Origin: Bacteroidia bacterium
Lineage (GTDB): Bacteria > Bacteroidota > Bacteroidia > Bacteroidales > VadinHA17
Assembly (NCBI GenBank): GCA_026391215.1
Contig: JAPLDX010000058.1
Coordinates: forward strand, 64,001-128,000
Reading direction: 5' to 3'
DNA: 64,000 nt
The notes under the pieces were generated by a model. The model made no database searches, was not told the origin of the DNA, and was given only the letters and a program-made list of their open reading frames with translations. This document shows, piece by piece, positions 1 through 9,374 of the stretch; the first letter of the stretch is position 1, and each line of letters starts with the position of its first letter. The position numbers were made by a program, and so were the translations under genes.

Positions 1-939
1 TACAGATCAAAGCTATCCGGCAGCCAGAAAAAGGGTGAAGATGGATATCAGGCAATGATAATTGACGGAGCTTCCATTGGTCTGGGTAAAAGGCTTGAAT
101 GGCCCGATGACTTTTTCTCAATTTACGGAGAATTAAGTTACCAGAGGTATAATATGAATAACTTCTCTCAATATGATTTTCTTTTTCAGAATGGCAAGTC
201 AAATCTCATGAGCCTGACAGGACGACTGCAACGATTCTCCACGAGCCCGAACCTTATTTACCCGAGAAGCGGATCATCTTTTACATTGTCGCTCCAGGTA
301 ACTCCGCCTTATTCGCTTATAAGCGGGAAAGATATGACTGGTGTCTCTGATACGGTAAAATACAAATGGATCGAGTTCCATAAATGGCTGTTTAGAGCAG
401 ATTATTATTTCCCTCTGGACAAAGATGATAAGCTTGTATTAAATACACGTTTTTCATTCGGTTACCTCGGACATTATAACAATGATATAGGACCTTCTCC
501 TTTTGAGAGCTTTACTGTAGGTGGTGATGGTATGAACAATTATCAGTTGTATGGCCGTGAGGTTATTTCTCTCAGGGGTTATTCTTCAGGCAACGGAGGA
601 GTCGGATCGCTTACACCTATTGATCATGTAACCGGGTCCCCGGCAGGTAACGTTTATTCAAAAATAACTATGGAACTCAGATACCCTATATCTTTAAATC
701 CACAGGCAACTATTTATGCCCTTGCTTTTCTGGAAGCAGGAAGAGCATGGACCACCCTGAAGGAATATAATCCTTTTAAAATGTGCCGGGCAGCAGGCTT
801 CGGCCTCAGAGCCAATCTCCCCATGTTCGGACTGCTTGGAATAGACTGGGGATATGGATTTGATCAGGTACCTGATCCAACTAGTTTCCCAAATGCTAAT
901 AAATCACAATTCCATTTTGTAATAGGTCAACAATTTTAA
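1..939 (+). CDS. bamA: Outer membrane protein assembly factor BamA, C-terminal beta-barrel (5' partial)
   Basis: Frame open from base 1; LRGY lid-lock motif, GFGLRANLPMFGLLGIDWGYGFD and terminal FHFVIGQQF; followed by skp genes. Confidence 0.95.
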   Translation, partial: YRSKLSGSQKKGEDGYQAMIIDGASIGLGKRLEWPDDFFSIYGELSYQRYNMNNFSQYDFLFQNGKSNLMSLTGRLQRFSTSPNLIYPRSGSSFTLSLQVTPPYSLISGKDMTGVSDTVKYKWIEFHKWLFRADYYFPLDKDDKLVLNTRFSFGYLGHYNNDIGPSPFESFTVGGDGMNNYQLYGREVISLRGYSSGNGGVGSLTPIDHVTGSPAGNVYSKITMELRYPISLNPQATIYALAFLEAGRAWTTLKEYNPFKMCRAAGFGLRANLPMFGLLGIDWGYGFDQVPDPTSFPNANKSQFHFVIGQQF

Positions 940-961
940 AAATGTGCGTAATAATTAAAGT

Positions 962-1477
962 ATGAAAAGAATAGCAGTTTTAACAGTGATAATGATTCTG
1001 ACGTCAGCCATGGCTGTAGCTCAGAAATATGCTTTTGTTGATTCTGATTATATCAGAAAGAACATTCCGGCATTTACGACAGCGCAGGAGCAGCTTGACA
1101 AACTCTCAGAGCAATGGGAGAAAGAAGTTGCCGATGGTTATGCTGTTGTTGAACAGATGTATAAGTCATATCAGAATGAGGCAGTGCTTCTTTCCCAGGA
1201 TATGAAAACTAAAAGGGAAGAAGCCATCATTGCCAAGGAAAAGGAAATGAAAGAGCTTCAGAATAAATATTTCGGTATGGAAGGTGATCTGTTCAAAAAA
1301 AGAGAAGAGCTTGTGAAACCCATACAGGATGAAATATTGAAGGCAATAAAGGACATTGCTGTCGAAGGCAGCTATGCGGTAATTTTCGATACTGCTGCCG
1401 GAGGAAATATCCTGTTCGCTAATCCCAAGTTTGACATCAGCGATCAGGTCCTTGAAAAATTAGGTTATAACAATTAA
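962..1477 (+). CDS. skp: Skp/OmpH periplasmic chaperone
   Basis: Signal peptide, QKYAFVDSDYI, coiled-coil body, DISDQVL end; directly downstream of bamA. Confidence 0.93.
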   Translation: MKRIAVLTVIMILTSAMAVAQKYAFVDSDYIRKNIPAFTTAQEQLDKLSEQWEKEVADGYAVVEQMYKSYQNEAVLLSQDMKTKREEAIIAKEKEMKELQNKYFGMEGDLFKKREELVKPIQDEILKAIKDIAVEGSYAVIFDTAAGGNILFANPKFDISDQVLEKLGYNN

Positions 1478-1482
1478 ATAGT

Positions 1483-1490
1483 TACTTTTG
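1483..1490 (+). promoter_or_regulatory. Bacteroidota sigma-A -7 box (TAnnTTTG) before the second skp
   Basis: TACTTTTG about 33 bp upstream of ATG 1523. Confidence 0.55.
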
Positions 1491-1522
1491 CATAAAATAA
1501 ATAATAAATAAAATTATCTGTA

Positions 1523-2035
1523 ATGAAAAGATTTATAGGAATTGCAGCCCTTGCTATCCTTATTACAACTGCCGGTTATTCACAAAACCTGAAATTCGGA
1601 CATATAAACAGCGACGAACTTATCCAGGCTATGCCTGAATTTGATTCTGCTAATGTAAAACTTGAAAATTTACGTCAGGAACTCGTTAATGCACTCGAAC
1701 TTATGACGGTTGAGCTTAATAATAAAAGTGATGCATATAATAAGGAAAGCAAAAACCTTACCGAAATTGTAAGGCAAACCAAGGAACAGGAACTTATTGA
1801 CCTGAACAAAAGAATTCAGGATTTCCAGACAAGTGCCCAGGAACAGCTTCAGAATAAGCAGGTTGAACTGTTCCAGCCCATCTATACCAAGGTTGATAAA
1901 GCCATCAAGGATGTTGGCAAGGAGAATGGATTCATATACGTGTTCGACGTAGCTAAAGGCTCACTTCTCTATTTTGATGAAGCAAAAAGCGTAAATATAA
2001 CGGCTTTGACTAAGACAAAACTTGGACTAAAATAG
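1523..2035 (+). CDS. skp: Skp/OmpH periplasmic chaperone (second copy)
   Basis: Signal peptide, LKFGHINSDELIQAMPE, KENGFIYVFD. Confidence 0.93.
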   Translation: MKRFIGIAALAILITTAGYSQNLKFGHINSDELIQAMPEFDSANVKLENLRQELVNALELMTVELNNKSDAYNKESKNLTEIVRQTKEQELIDLNKRIQDFQTSAQEQLQNKQVELFQPIYTKVDKAIKDVGKENGFIYVFDVAKGSLLYFDEAKSVNITALTKTKLGLK

Positions 2036-2052
2036 TCGGAAGAAATTACACC

Positions 2053-2085
2053 AATGACCATCCTGTACGGGATGGTCATTTTTTT
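2053..2085 (+). terminator. Rho-independent terminator
   Basis: AATGACCATCC-tgtacg-GGATGGTCATT stem followed by a T run, after skp. Confidence 0.85.
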
Positions 2086-2098
2086 ATAATTTAATAAA

Positions 2099-2899
2099 GT
2101 GAAAAGACAGCCTATCGGGATTTTTGATTCCGGCGTCGGAGGCCTTACTGTTGCACATGCTATAAAGCAGATTCTGCCGGGTGAGAGCCTGATTTATTTT
2201 GGTGATACCGCCCACCTTCCATACGGAGACAAATCAGCAGAAGCTATTAAATATTACTCGCACAAAATAACCGAATTCCTTCTTGAACATGATTCAAAGG
2301 TTATTCTTATTGCATGTAATTCCGCATCAGCATCAGCTTTTGATTCCTTAAAGAAAGAGTTTAACGATAAGACTATAATCATTGATGTTATCGATCCTGT
2401 AGTAGAATATATTGGCACCAGGGACTTTAAAAAAATTGGTGTCATTGGTACAAAGAGGACAATAAGCTCAGGAACTTATGAATCAAAGCTTAAGGAAATA
2501 TCTCCTTCAACAGCTGTGGTATCTCTTGCAACCCCGCTCCTGGTACCCATGATAGAGGAGGGTTTTATCTTCGATGATATCAGCAATGCAATTATCCGTG
2601 CATATTTGTCGGATCAGTCCTTGTCAGGCATTCAGGCTTTAATACTTGGATGCACGCATTATCCGATAATTAAAAATCAGATAAGCAAGATCTTTAATTT
2701 TAATGTGGAAGTAGTCGATTCGGCAAAAATAGTAGCTGGAATATTGAGAGATGTACTCGAGAAGAAAGATCTGCTCAATGACTCGGGTAAGGTAACAGAC
2801 ATGTTTTTTGTTTCCGACTATACCACCTATTTTGAAAAGATAGCAAAGATGTTCTTCGAAGGTGATATAAACCTGAAAAAAGCTGATATTTGGAATTAA
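2099..2899 (+). CDS. murI: Glutamate racemase
   Basis: GIFDSGVGGLTV, PYGDKS, ACNSAS and LGCTHYP catalytic motifs. Confidence 0.97.
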   Translation: MKRQPIGIFDSGVGGLTVAHAIKQILPGESLIYFGDTAHLPYGDKSAEAIKYYSHKITEFLLEHDSKVILIACNSASASAFDSLKKEFNDKTIIIDVIDPVVEYIGTRDFKKIGVIGTKRTISSGTYESKLKEISPSTAVVSLATPLLVPMIEEGFIFDDISNAIIRAYLSDQSLSGIQALILGCTHYPIIKNQISKIFNFNVEVVDSAKIVAGILRDVLEKKDLLNDSGKVTDMFFVSDYTTYFEKIAKMFFEGDINLKKADIWN

Positions 2900-2927
2900 A
2901 CCTCATATTTAATACTAAAGATTCATC

Positions 2928-4772
2928 ATGATTAAAAATTCACAGGCTATTAAAAGAGAAGAGGTAGTGATACGTTTTTCGGGTGATTCAGGTGATGGCA
3001 TGCAGCTTACAGGAACTCTTTTTTCCGATACGGCTGCCCTGTACGGTAATGATCTGTCTACATTTCCGGATTATCCGGCAGAGATCCGTGCACCCCAGGG
3101 AACTGTAGGTGGGGTGTCAGGCTTCCAGGTTCATCTTGGTCATTCAGAGATAAATACTCCGGGAGATTATGCCGATGTCCTTGTAGCTATGAATCCGGCT
3201 GCCGTTAAAGCAAATATATTGTGGGTCAAACCAGGTGGCACAATAATATTTGATAAGGATAATTTCACTGAAAAGAATCTTGAAAAGGCCGGATATAAAA
3301 GCGATCCAGTCAAAGAAGAAAAGCTTGAAACATATAATGTCATAGCTGCACCCATTTCATCAATGGTTAAGGAAGCATTAAAGGATTTCGGATTTGAGCC
3401 GAAATCAGTGCTGAGAACAAAGAATATGTTCGCACTGGGAATGGTCTACTGGCTCTTTAACAGAAAGCTTAAATATACAGAGCAGTATTTTGAAAAGAAA
3501 TTTCAGAATAAGCCAGAAATGATCGAAGCCAACAAAGTTGCATTAAGGGCAGGTTATTATTATGCTGAAACAATAGAAGCATTAAATCCTGTTTTTATAA
3601 TAGAACCGGCCGAGATCGCAAAGGGCACATACAGAAATATCTGCGGGAATGTGGCCACTGCATGGGGTTTTATAGCTGCGGCTGAAAAAGCAGGGTTGAA
3701 ACTCTACATAGGATCCTACCCGATAACTCCGGCTTCAGGCATACTTGAGGAGCTTGCTGCGCGCAAAGACCTGGGTGTTAAAACCTTCCAGGCTGAAGAT
3801 GAGATCGCAGGAATCTGTACTGCCCTGGGAGCCAGCTTTGCAGGCAACCTTGCCATCACTTCCACATCAGGTCCCGGACTTGCTCTGAAATCAGAAGCTA
3901 TAGGCCTTGCAGTTATGGCAGAGCTGCCGATCGTTATTGTCAATGTTCAGAGAGGAGGTCCCTCCACCGGTCTGCCTACAAAAACAGAACAGGCTGACCT
4001 GATGCAGGCTCTTTACGGCAGAAACGGCGAATGCCCGGTTGTGGTTATTGCAGCAAGCACGCCCTCCGACTGTTTTCATTACGCTTTTGAAGCATCAAGG
4101 ATTGCCCTGGAACACATGACCCCTGTCCTGCTCCTTACAGATGGTTATCTGGCAAATGGAACTGAGCCATGGAAAATCCCTGAAATGTCTGAATTACCGG
4201 AAATCAAGCCTCCTAATGCAGATAAAAAAGAAATACCATTCCTGCCGTATAAACGAAATTGCGAAACGCTTGTCCGCTCCTGGGCAATTCCGGGAACACC
4301 CGGACTTGAACACAGGATTGGCGGACTTGAAAAAACACTCAAGGGGACAGTTTCGTATGTTCCTGAAAACCACGAGATGATGGTCAGGCTGAGAGCAGAA
4401 AAGGTGGCGAAGGTGGCCGATTCAATTCCTGATCTTGAGGTACATGGCGAGGCGTCAGGCGACCTGCTTATTGTTGGGTGGGGTGGTACGCGCGGCTACC
4501 TGATGACTGCTGTCCGTGAATTGCAGACAGATGGCTTTAAAGTCAGCTTTGCTCATTTCAACTATATTAATCCTTTACCTAAGAATACAGAAGAAATCTT
4601 CAAAAAATTCAAACAAATAGTTGTGGCAGAGCTTAATATGGGGCAGTTTGCTGATTACCTCAGGATGAATTTCCCTGAATTTAAATATGAGCAGATCAAC
4701 AAGATTCAGGGACTCCCGTTCACTATCAAAGAGATAAAAGACAAATGCATTAAAATGCTGGAGGGCAATTAA
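2928..4772 (+). CDS. 2-oxoacid:ferredoxin oxidoreductase alpha subunit (KorA-like)
   Basis: GDSGDGMQLTG, YPITP, QAEDEIA, TSGPGL and QRGGPSTGLPTK motifs. Confidence 0.95.
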   Translation: MIKNSQAIKREEVVIRFSGDSGDGMQLTGTLFSDTAALYGNDLSTFPDYPAEIRAPQGTVGGVSGFQVHLGHSEINTPGDYADVLVAMNPAAVKANILWVKPGGTIIFDKDNFTEKNLEKAGYKSDPVKEEKLETYNVIAAPISSMVKEALKDFGFEPKSVLRTKNMFALGMVYWLFNRKLKYTEQYFEKKFQNKPEMIEANKVALRAGYYYAETIEALNPVFIIEPAEIAKGTYRNICGNVATAWGFIAAAEKAGLKLYIGSYPITPASGILEELAARKDLGVKTFQAEDEIAGICTALGASFAGNLAITSTSGPGLALKSEAIGLAVMAELPIVIVNVQRGGPSTGLPTKTEQADLMQALYGRNGECPVVVIAASTPSDCFHYAFEASRIALEHMTPVLLLTDGYLANGTEPWKIPEMSELPEIKPPNADKKEIPFLPYKRNCETLVRSWAIPGTPGLEHRIGGLEKTLKGTVSYVPENHEMMVRLRAEKVAKVADSIPDLEVHGEASGDLLIVGWGGTRGYLMTAVRELQTDGFKVSFAHFNYINPLPKNTEEIFKKFKQIVVAELNMGQFADYLRMNFPEFKYEQINKIQGLPFTIKEIKDKCIKMLEGN

Positions 4773-4773
4773 G

Positions 4774-5796
4774 ATGGCAGAAACACAGACTTATAATTAT
4801 GCTCCGAAAGACTTTAAATCGGATCAGGAAGTGAGATGGTGCCCGGGCTGCGGTGATCACGCAGTACTGAATGCTGTCCAGAAAGCCCTGACGGAGCTTG
4901 GTATTCCTAAAGAGAAATTCGTCTTCATATCAGGGATTGGCTGCTCCTCAAGATTCCCTTATTATATGAATACTTACGGATTTCACAGTATTCATGGCCG
5001 GGCATCAGCCATTGCCTCCGGAGTGAAAATAGCTAATCCGGACCTTTCGGTCTGGCAGATTACAGGCGACGGAGATGCACTTGCCATTGGCGGCAATCAC
5101 TTCATCCATGCTGTAAGGCGTAATGTTGATCTTAACATTATCTTGTTTAATAATGAAATTTATGGACTTACAAAAGGACAGTATTCCCCTACTTCGAAAA
5201 GAGGACTGATTACAAAAACATCGCCGTTTGGAACTGTGGAAGAACCATTTTCGGTCGGTGAGCTTGTTATAGGAGCCAAAGGCAAATTCTTCGCCCGTAC
5301 TGTGGATGCAAATGTCACACTGTCAACGCAGATTTATATAGAAGCCGCAAAACATAAGGGAGCTTCAGTTATCGAAGTACTCCAGAACTGTGTAATCTTT
5401 AATGATAGTGTCCATGAGACTGTAACTGGCAGGGAAGTAAGGGACGACAGGACCATCATCCTTAAGCATGGTGAACCGATGATATTCGGCAAAGACCACG
5501 ATAAGGGACTTGTGCTTGACGGACTAAAGCTGAAAGTCGTGAAGCTGGGAGAAAATGGCGTCTCGGAAAATAACCTTATTGTTCATGATGCTTTTGAATC
5601 AAATCCCGGGATCCAGTACATGCTGGCAAATATGAGATATCCCGAATATCCTGTAGCCCTGGGAGTTATCAGGTCTGTCCCTGGTCATACCTACGAAAAT
5701 GATGTGGCTGAGCAGATCAGTACCGTCCAGAAAGATGCAAAAATAAAATGCATGGATGATCTGCTTAAAAGCGGCAACACCTGGAAAGTCGAGTAA
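4774..5796 (+). CDS. 2-oxoacid:ferredoxin oxidoreductase beta subunit (KorB-like)
   Basis: WCPGCGD, SGIGCSSR, TPP-binding GDGD...NNEIYGLTKGQ. Confidence 0.95.
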   Translation: MAETQTYNYAPKDFKSDQEVRWCPGCGDHAVLNAVQKALTELGIPKEKFVFISGIGCSSRFPYYMNTYGFHSIHGRASAIASGVKIANPDLSVWQITGDGDALAIGGNHFIHAVRRNVDLNIILFNNEIYGLTKGQYSPTSKRGLITKTSPFGTVEEPFSVGELVIGAKGKFFARTVDANVTLSTQIYIEAAKHKGASVIEVLQNCVIFNDSVHETVTGREVRDDRTIILKHGEPMIFGKDHDKGLVLDGLKLKVVKLGENGVSENNLIVHDAFESNPGIQYMLANMRYPEYPVALGVIRSVPGHTYENDVAEQISTVQKDAKIKCMDDLLKSGNTWKVE

Positions 5797-5803
5797 GCGG
5801 AAT

Positions 5804-5852
5804 GACCCTCTCCCGCTAAAGCTGGATCCCCCCTTCAGGGGGGTGGGGGGTC
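5804..5852. repeat. G/C-rich palindromic intergenic element, copy 1 (short form)
   Basis: GACCCTCTCCC...CCCCCC-TTCA-GGGGGG-T-GGGGGGTC with an extra TCCCGCTAAAGCTGGA mini-hairpin. Confidence 0.7.
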
Positions 5853-5915
5853 TTCCCTGATGCCAGCGGTGATTCCCATTAATTTTACTAATTTTATCTC
5901 CTGTTTTTCGGCAAA

Positions 5916-8900
5916 ATGGAAGATAATAATCATATTAATCCTGAATTTAAAAAGCTGCTTCACGACCAGCAGGAACGCCTCAAGGAGCTGGGATGTATCA
6001 ATCAGACAACTTATATTCTCAAGGAGGGCAAACCTATTGAAGAGACTCTTCAGCAGATCGTATTACTTCTGCCTGCAGCATGGCAGTATCCCGAATATAC
6101 CTCTGCGAGGATAAAATTCATGGGAAAAACATTTGAAACACCTGATTTTCAGGAGTCTACATGGAAAATGATACAGGATTTCAATACCCTTGACGATGAA
6201 AAGGGAACCATTGAGATCTTTTATATAAGGGAATTTACATTGGAAAAAGAGGGTCCGTTCATGAAAGAAGAAAGGGACCTTATCCGGAACATAGCCAGCC
6301 TGATTACCGGTTATATAAACAGCTACAAAGCCCGTGATTTCATACGATTGACCAAACCTGACAAAGAAGAAGATGTTGACCTTAAGAATATTTCGAACAG
6401 AAAACTATTACAGAAGTTTCTTGAACGGCACAATGCAGAACGTGATGTTTTTCATGATCTGCAACTTTTTAAAGTTAAGGAGATACTTCTTGTAGCAAAC
6501 CTTTATGACGCTTATTCAATTGAAGGGGAAGGCCGGTTTGCTGACCATATACTTGGGGAATACTACCAGCTCAGCCTCACTTCCCTTCCGAGGGTAACTG
6601 GTGTTTCAAGCGAGGAAGAAGCATTCAATAAGCTGAAATCCAGGCATTATGACATGATCATTATCATGATAGGGATTCACAAGGAGAGCCCAATGATTAC
6701 GTGTAAAAAGATCAAGGATAAGTATCCTTATATGCCGACATTCCTTCTTCTTAATAATCCTGACGATGTTCCTTTTGTCAGAAAACAAAAAAGCTCAGGA
6801 ATACCTTTCGATAATTATTTTGTATGGACAGGTGAATCAAAGGTATTCTTTGCCATGGTCAAGCTTCTTGAAGATAAGGTGAATGTGGATAATGATACAA
6901 AAAAAGGTCTTGTCCGGGTCATTCTTATTGTCGAAGATTCAGCCGCATATTACTCAAGCTACCTTCCGATGCTTTATACGCTTGTACTTGAACAGACAAG
7001 GAACCTGATAGAGGATGTTTCCACTGACGCACTATATAAGGTTTTAAGGCTCAGGGCAAGACCAAAAATACTTCTGACTTCAAATTGGGAGGATGCAATA
7101 ACCATATACAATAAATACAAAGATAGCCTCCTGTGTGTGATTTCAGATATGCGATTCCCAAGGAACGGGGTAATGCATGAGACAGCAGGATATGAACTTA
7201 TTCAGCAAATAAAGATGGATCTGCCTAACCTGCCGACTGTGCTTCAGTCAGCGGATGCAGATAATGCAAGATATGCCTATACCCTGAAATCCAATTTTAT
7301 AAATAAGAATTCGGAAAGCCTCCTGCAGGACCTGAAATCATTTATAAATTATTACCTGGGCTTTGGGCATTTCGTATACAGGGATGACAAAGGAAGGCAG
7401 ATAGCCGTGGCAAAATCCATGAAAGAATTTGAGACATACCTTGAAACAGTGCCTGAGGATTCGTTGGCATATCATGCAATGAAAAATCACTTTTCCCTGT
7501 GGCTTATGGCAAGAGGTGAAGTTAAGATTGCCAAGCTGATTAACCCAATAAAAGCTACAGATTTCCAGAGTCTTAAGGAGTTGAGGGCATTTCTCCTGAA
7601 TATTATCCGCAAACGCAGACGCGAGATGAACAAGGGTCGTGTAGTAAATTTTGAAGAATCTGTTGTTATAGATGAAACCAACGTAGTGAGTCTTGCAGGT
7701 GGTTCGCTGGGAGGCAAGGGCAGGGGTCTGGCATTTATTAACACCCTCATCTACAGCTTTGAACTTGGACGACTTCTTCCGGGTATTAATATCAAAGCAC
7801 CGGTTACCGGAATAATCGGGACAGATGAATTTGATATGTTCATGGAACGCAATCATCTCTGGGACAGCGTAAAGGAAGAGAAAGCTTTTTCAGTTCTTCA
7901 AAAGATCTTCCTGAAAGCCAACCTGAGCTATACACTTGAGAAAAAACTCAGAACACTGCTGAAGCAGACGGAAAAACCTCTCGCTGTAAGATCATCAAGC
8001 CTTTTCGAGGATTCAATGAGCCAGCCTTTCTCAGGTGTGTTCGGAACATATCTTCTCCCGAATAATCATAGTGATTTTGATATCAGACTCAGACAGTTAT
8101 CTGATGCCATCAAGCTGGTTTTCTGTTCTATTTATTCGAGAAACGCACGAACATATTTTGAGGCTATAAATTATAAGATAGAAAATGAAAAAATGGCTGT
8201 AGTCCTTCAGGAGGTCGTGGGGAACAGGTTTGAAGATGCTTATTACCCACATATAAGCGGAACAGCGCAGTCTTATAATTTCTATCCTGTCGCCCATATG
8301 ACACCCCAGGATGGCTTTGCAGTAATGGCAGTCGGCCTTGGACATTATGTTGTTGAAGGAGAAAAAGCATTCAGATTCTCTCCGGCATACCCTTCGCTTG
8401 ATATCCTTTCACTTAATGACCTCTATGAAAACTCGCAGGTTCATTTCTATGCTGTTGATATGGCAAAAAAAGATCTGAATCTTTTGGAGGGTGAAAATGC
8501 GGGACTTGTATCCCTCGATATCAGCAAATCTGAAATGCATGGCACGCTGAATCATTCAGCTTCAGTACTTAATCCGGACAATGATACTCTGGTCCCCGGT
8601 CTTGAAATACCCGGCCCCCGTGTCGTGAATTTTGCTAATATACTGAAATACAATTATATCCCTCTTGCATCAACAATCAGAACAATCCTGGATGTCGTAA
8701 CAGAAGCTACGGGCAATCCTTCGGAAATAGAGTTTGCTTTGGACCTCACAAAAGACAAGGACGGGAATGCTTCTTTTTATCTTCTTCAGATAAAGCCCCT
8801 TATCGGAACTATAGCCGGATATAGTATTGATCCTGAAAGTATTGACAAAAATGACCTGATTCTCAAAACGGGAAAAAGCATGGGGAACGGGATTATTGAT

Positions 8901-9362
8901 GATATATCGGATATTGTATTTCTGGAGCCTGGAAAATTTGACAATATGCGAACTGATCAGATGGCACAGGAAATAGACAGAATAAATGAGAAAATGCTTA
9001 AGGAGGGTCGTCGTTATGTCCTGATTGGACCAGGCAGATGGGGTACCAGGGATAAATTTATAGGGATACCTGTTGTGTGGTCCCAGATATCAAATGCAAA
9101 GGTAATTGTTGAAATAAGCCTTCCGGATTTCCATATCGATGCTTCCCTGGGATCCCACTTCTTTCACAATGTTATAGCAATGAATGTTGGTTATTTTTCT
9201 GTCGATCAGACCATGCAGGACGGAAGTATAAACTGGGAAAAGCTCAAAATGCAGGAAACCATCGAATGTGGAGATTATTTCAGCCATGTCCGTTTCGAAA
9301 AACCGCTCATGATAAGAATGGATGGAAGAAAGGGAATAGCTGTGATCACAATGAATCAGTAA
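5916..9362 (+). CDS. GAF-like + receiver domains + PPDK/PEP-synthase N-terminal ATP-grasp protein, lacking the pyruvate-binding domain
   Basis: VEDS..VISD..LQS..INK receiver; GGKGRGLAF, LAVRSSSLFEDS, GLG..VVEG, EIEFA, LLQIKP; C-terminal GPGRWG and GSHFFHN. Confidence 0.85.
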   Translation: MEDNNHINPEFKKLLHDQQERLKELGCINQTTYILKEGKPIEETLQQIVLLLPAAWQYPEYTSARIKFMGKTFETPDFQESTWKMIQDFNTLDDEKGTIEIFYIREFTLEKEGPFMKEERDLIRNIASLITGYINSYKARDFIRLTKPDKEEDVDLKNISNRKLLQKFLERHNAERDVFHDLQLFKVKEILLVANLYDAYSIEGEGRFADHILGEYYQLSLTSLPRVTGVSSEEEAFNKLKSRHYDMIIIMIGIHKESPMITCKKIKDKYPYMPTFLLLNNPDDVPFVRKQKSSGIPFDNYFVWTGESKVFFAMVKLLEDKVNVDNDTKKGLVRVILIVEDSAAYYSSYLPMLYTLVLEQTRNLIEDVSTDALYKVLRLRARPKILLTSNWEDAITIYNKYKDSLLCVISDMRFPRNGVMHETAGYELIQQIKMDLPNLPTVLQSADADNARYAYTLKSNFINKNSESLLQDLKSFINYYLGFGHFVYRDDKGRQIAVAKSMKEFETYLETVPEDSLAYHAMKNHFSLWLMARGEVKIAKLINPIKATDFQSLKELRAFLLNIIRKRRREMNKGRVVNFEESVVIDETNVVSLAGGSLGGKGRGLAFINTLIYSFELGRLLPGINIKAPVTGIIGTDEFDMFMERNHLWDSVKEEKAFSVLQKIFLKANLSYTLEKKLRTLLKQTEKPLAVRSSSLFEDSMSQPFSGVFGTYLLPNNHSDFDIRLRQLSDAIKLVFCSIYSRNARTYFEAINYKIENEKMAVVLQEVVGNRFEDAYYPHISGTAQSYNFYPVAHMTPQDGFAVMAVGLGHYVVEGEKAFRFSPAYPSLDILSLNDLYENSQVHFYAVDMAKKDLNLLEGENAGLVSLDISKSEMHGTLNHSASVLNPDNDTLVPGLEIPGPRVVNFANILKYNYIPLASTIRTILDVVTEATGNPSEIEFALDLTKDKDGNASFYLLQIKPLIGTIAGYSIDPESIDKNDLILKTGKSMGNGIIDDISDIVFLEPGKFDNMRTDQMAQEIDRINEKMLKEGRRYVLIGPGRWGTRDKFIGIPVVWSQISNAKVIVEISLPDFHIDASLGSHFFHNVIAMNVGYFSVDQTMQDGSINWEKLKMQETIECGDYFSHVRFEKPLMIRMDGRKGIAVITMNQ

Positions 9363-9374
9363 AAAAATTGAAAT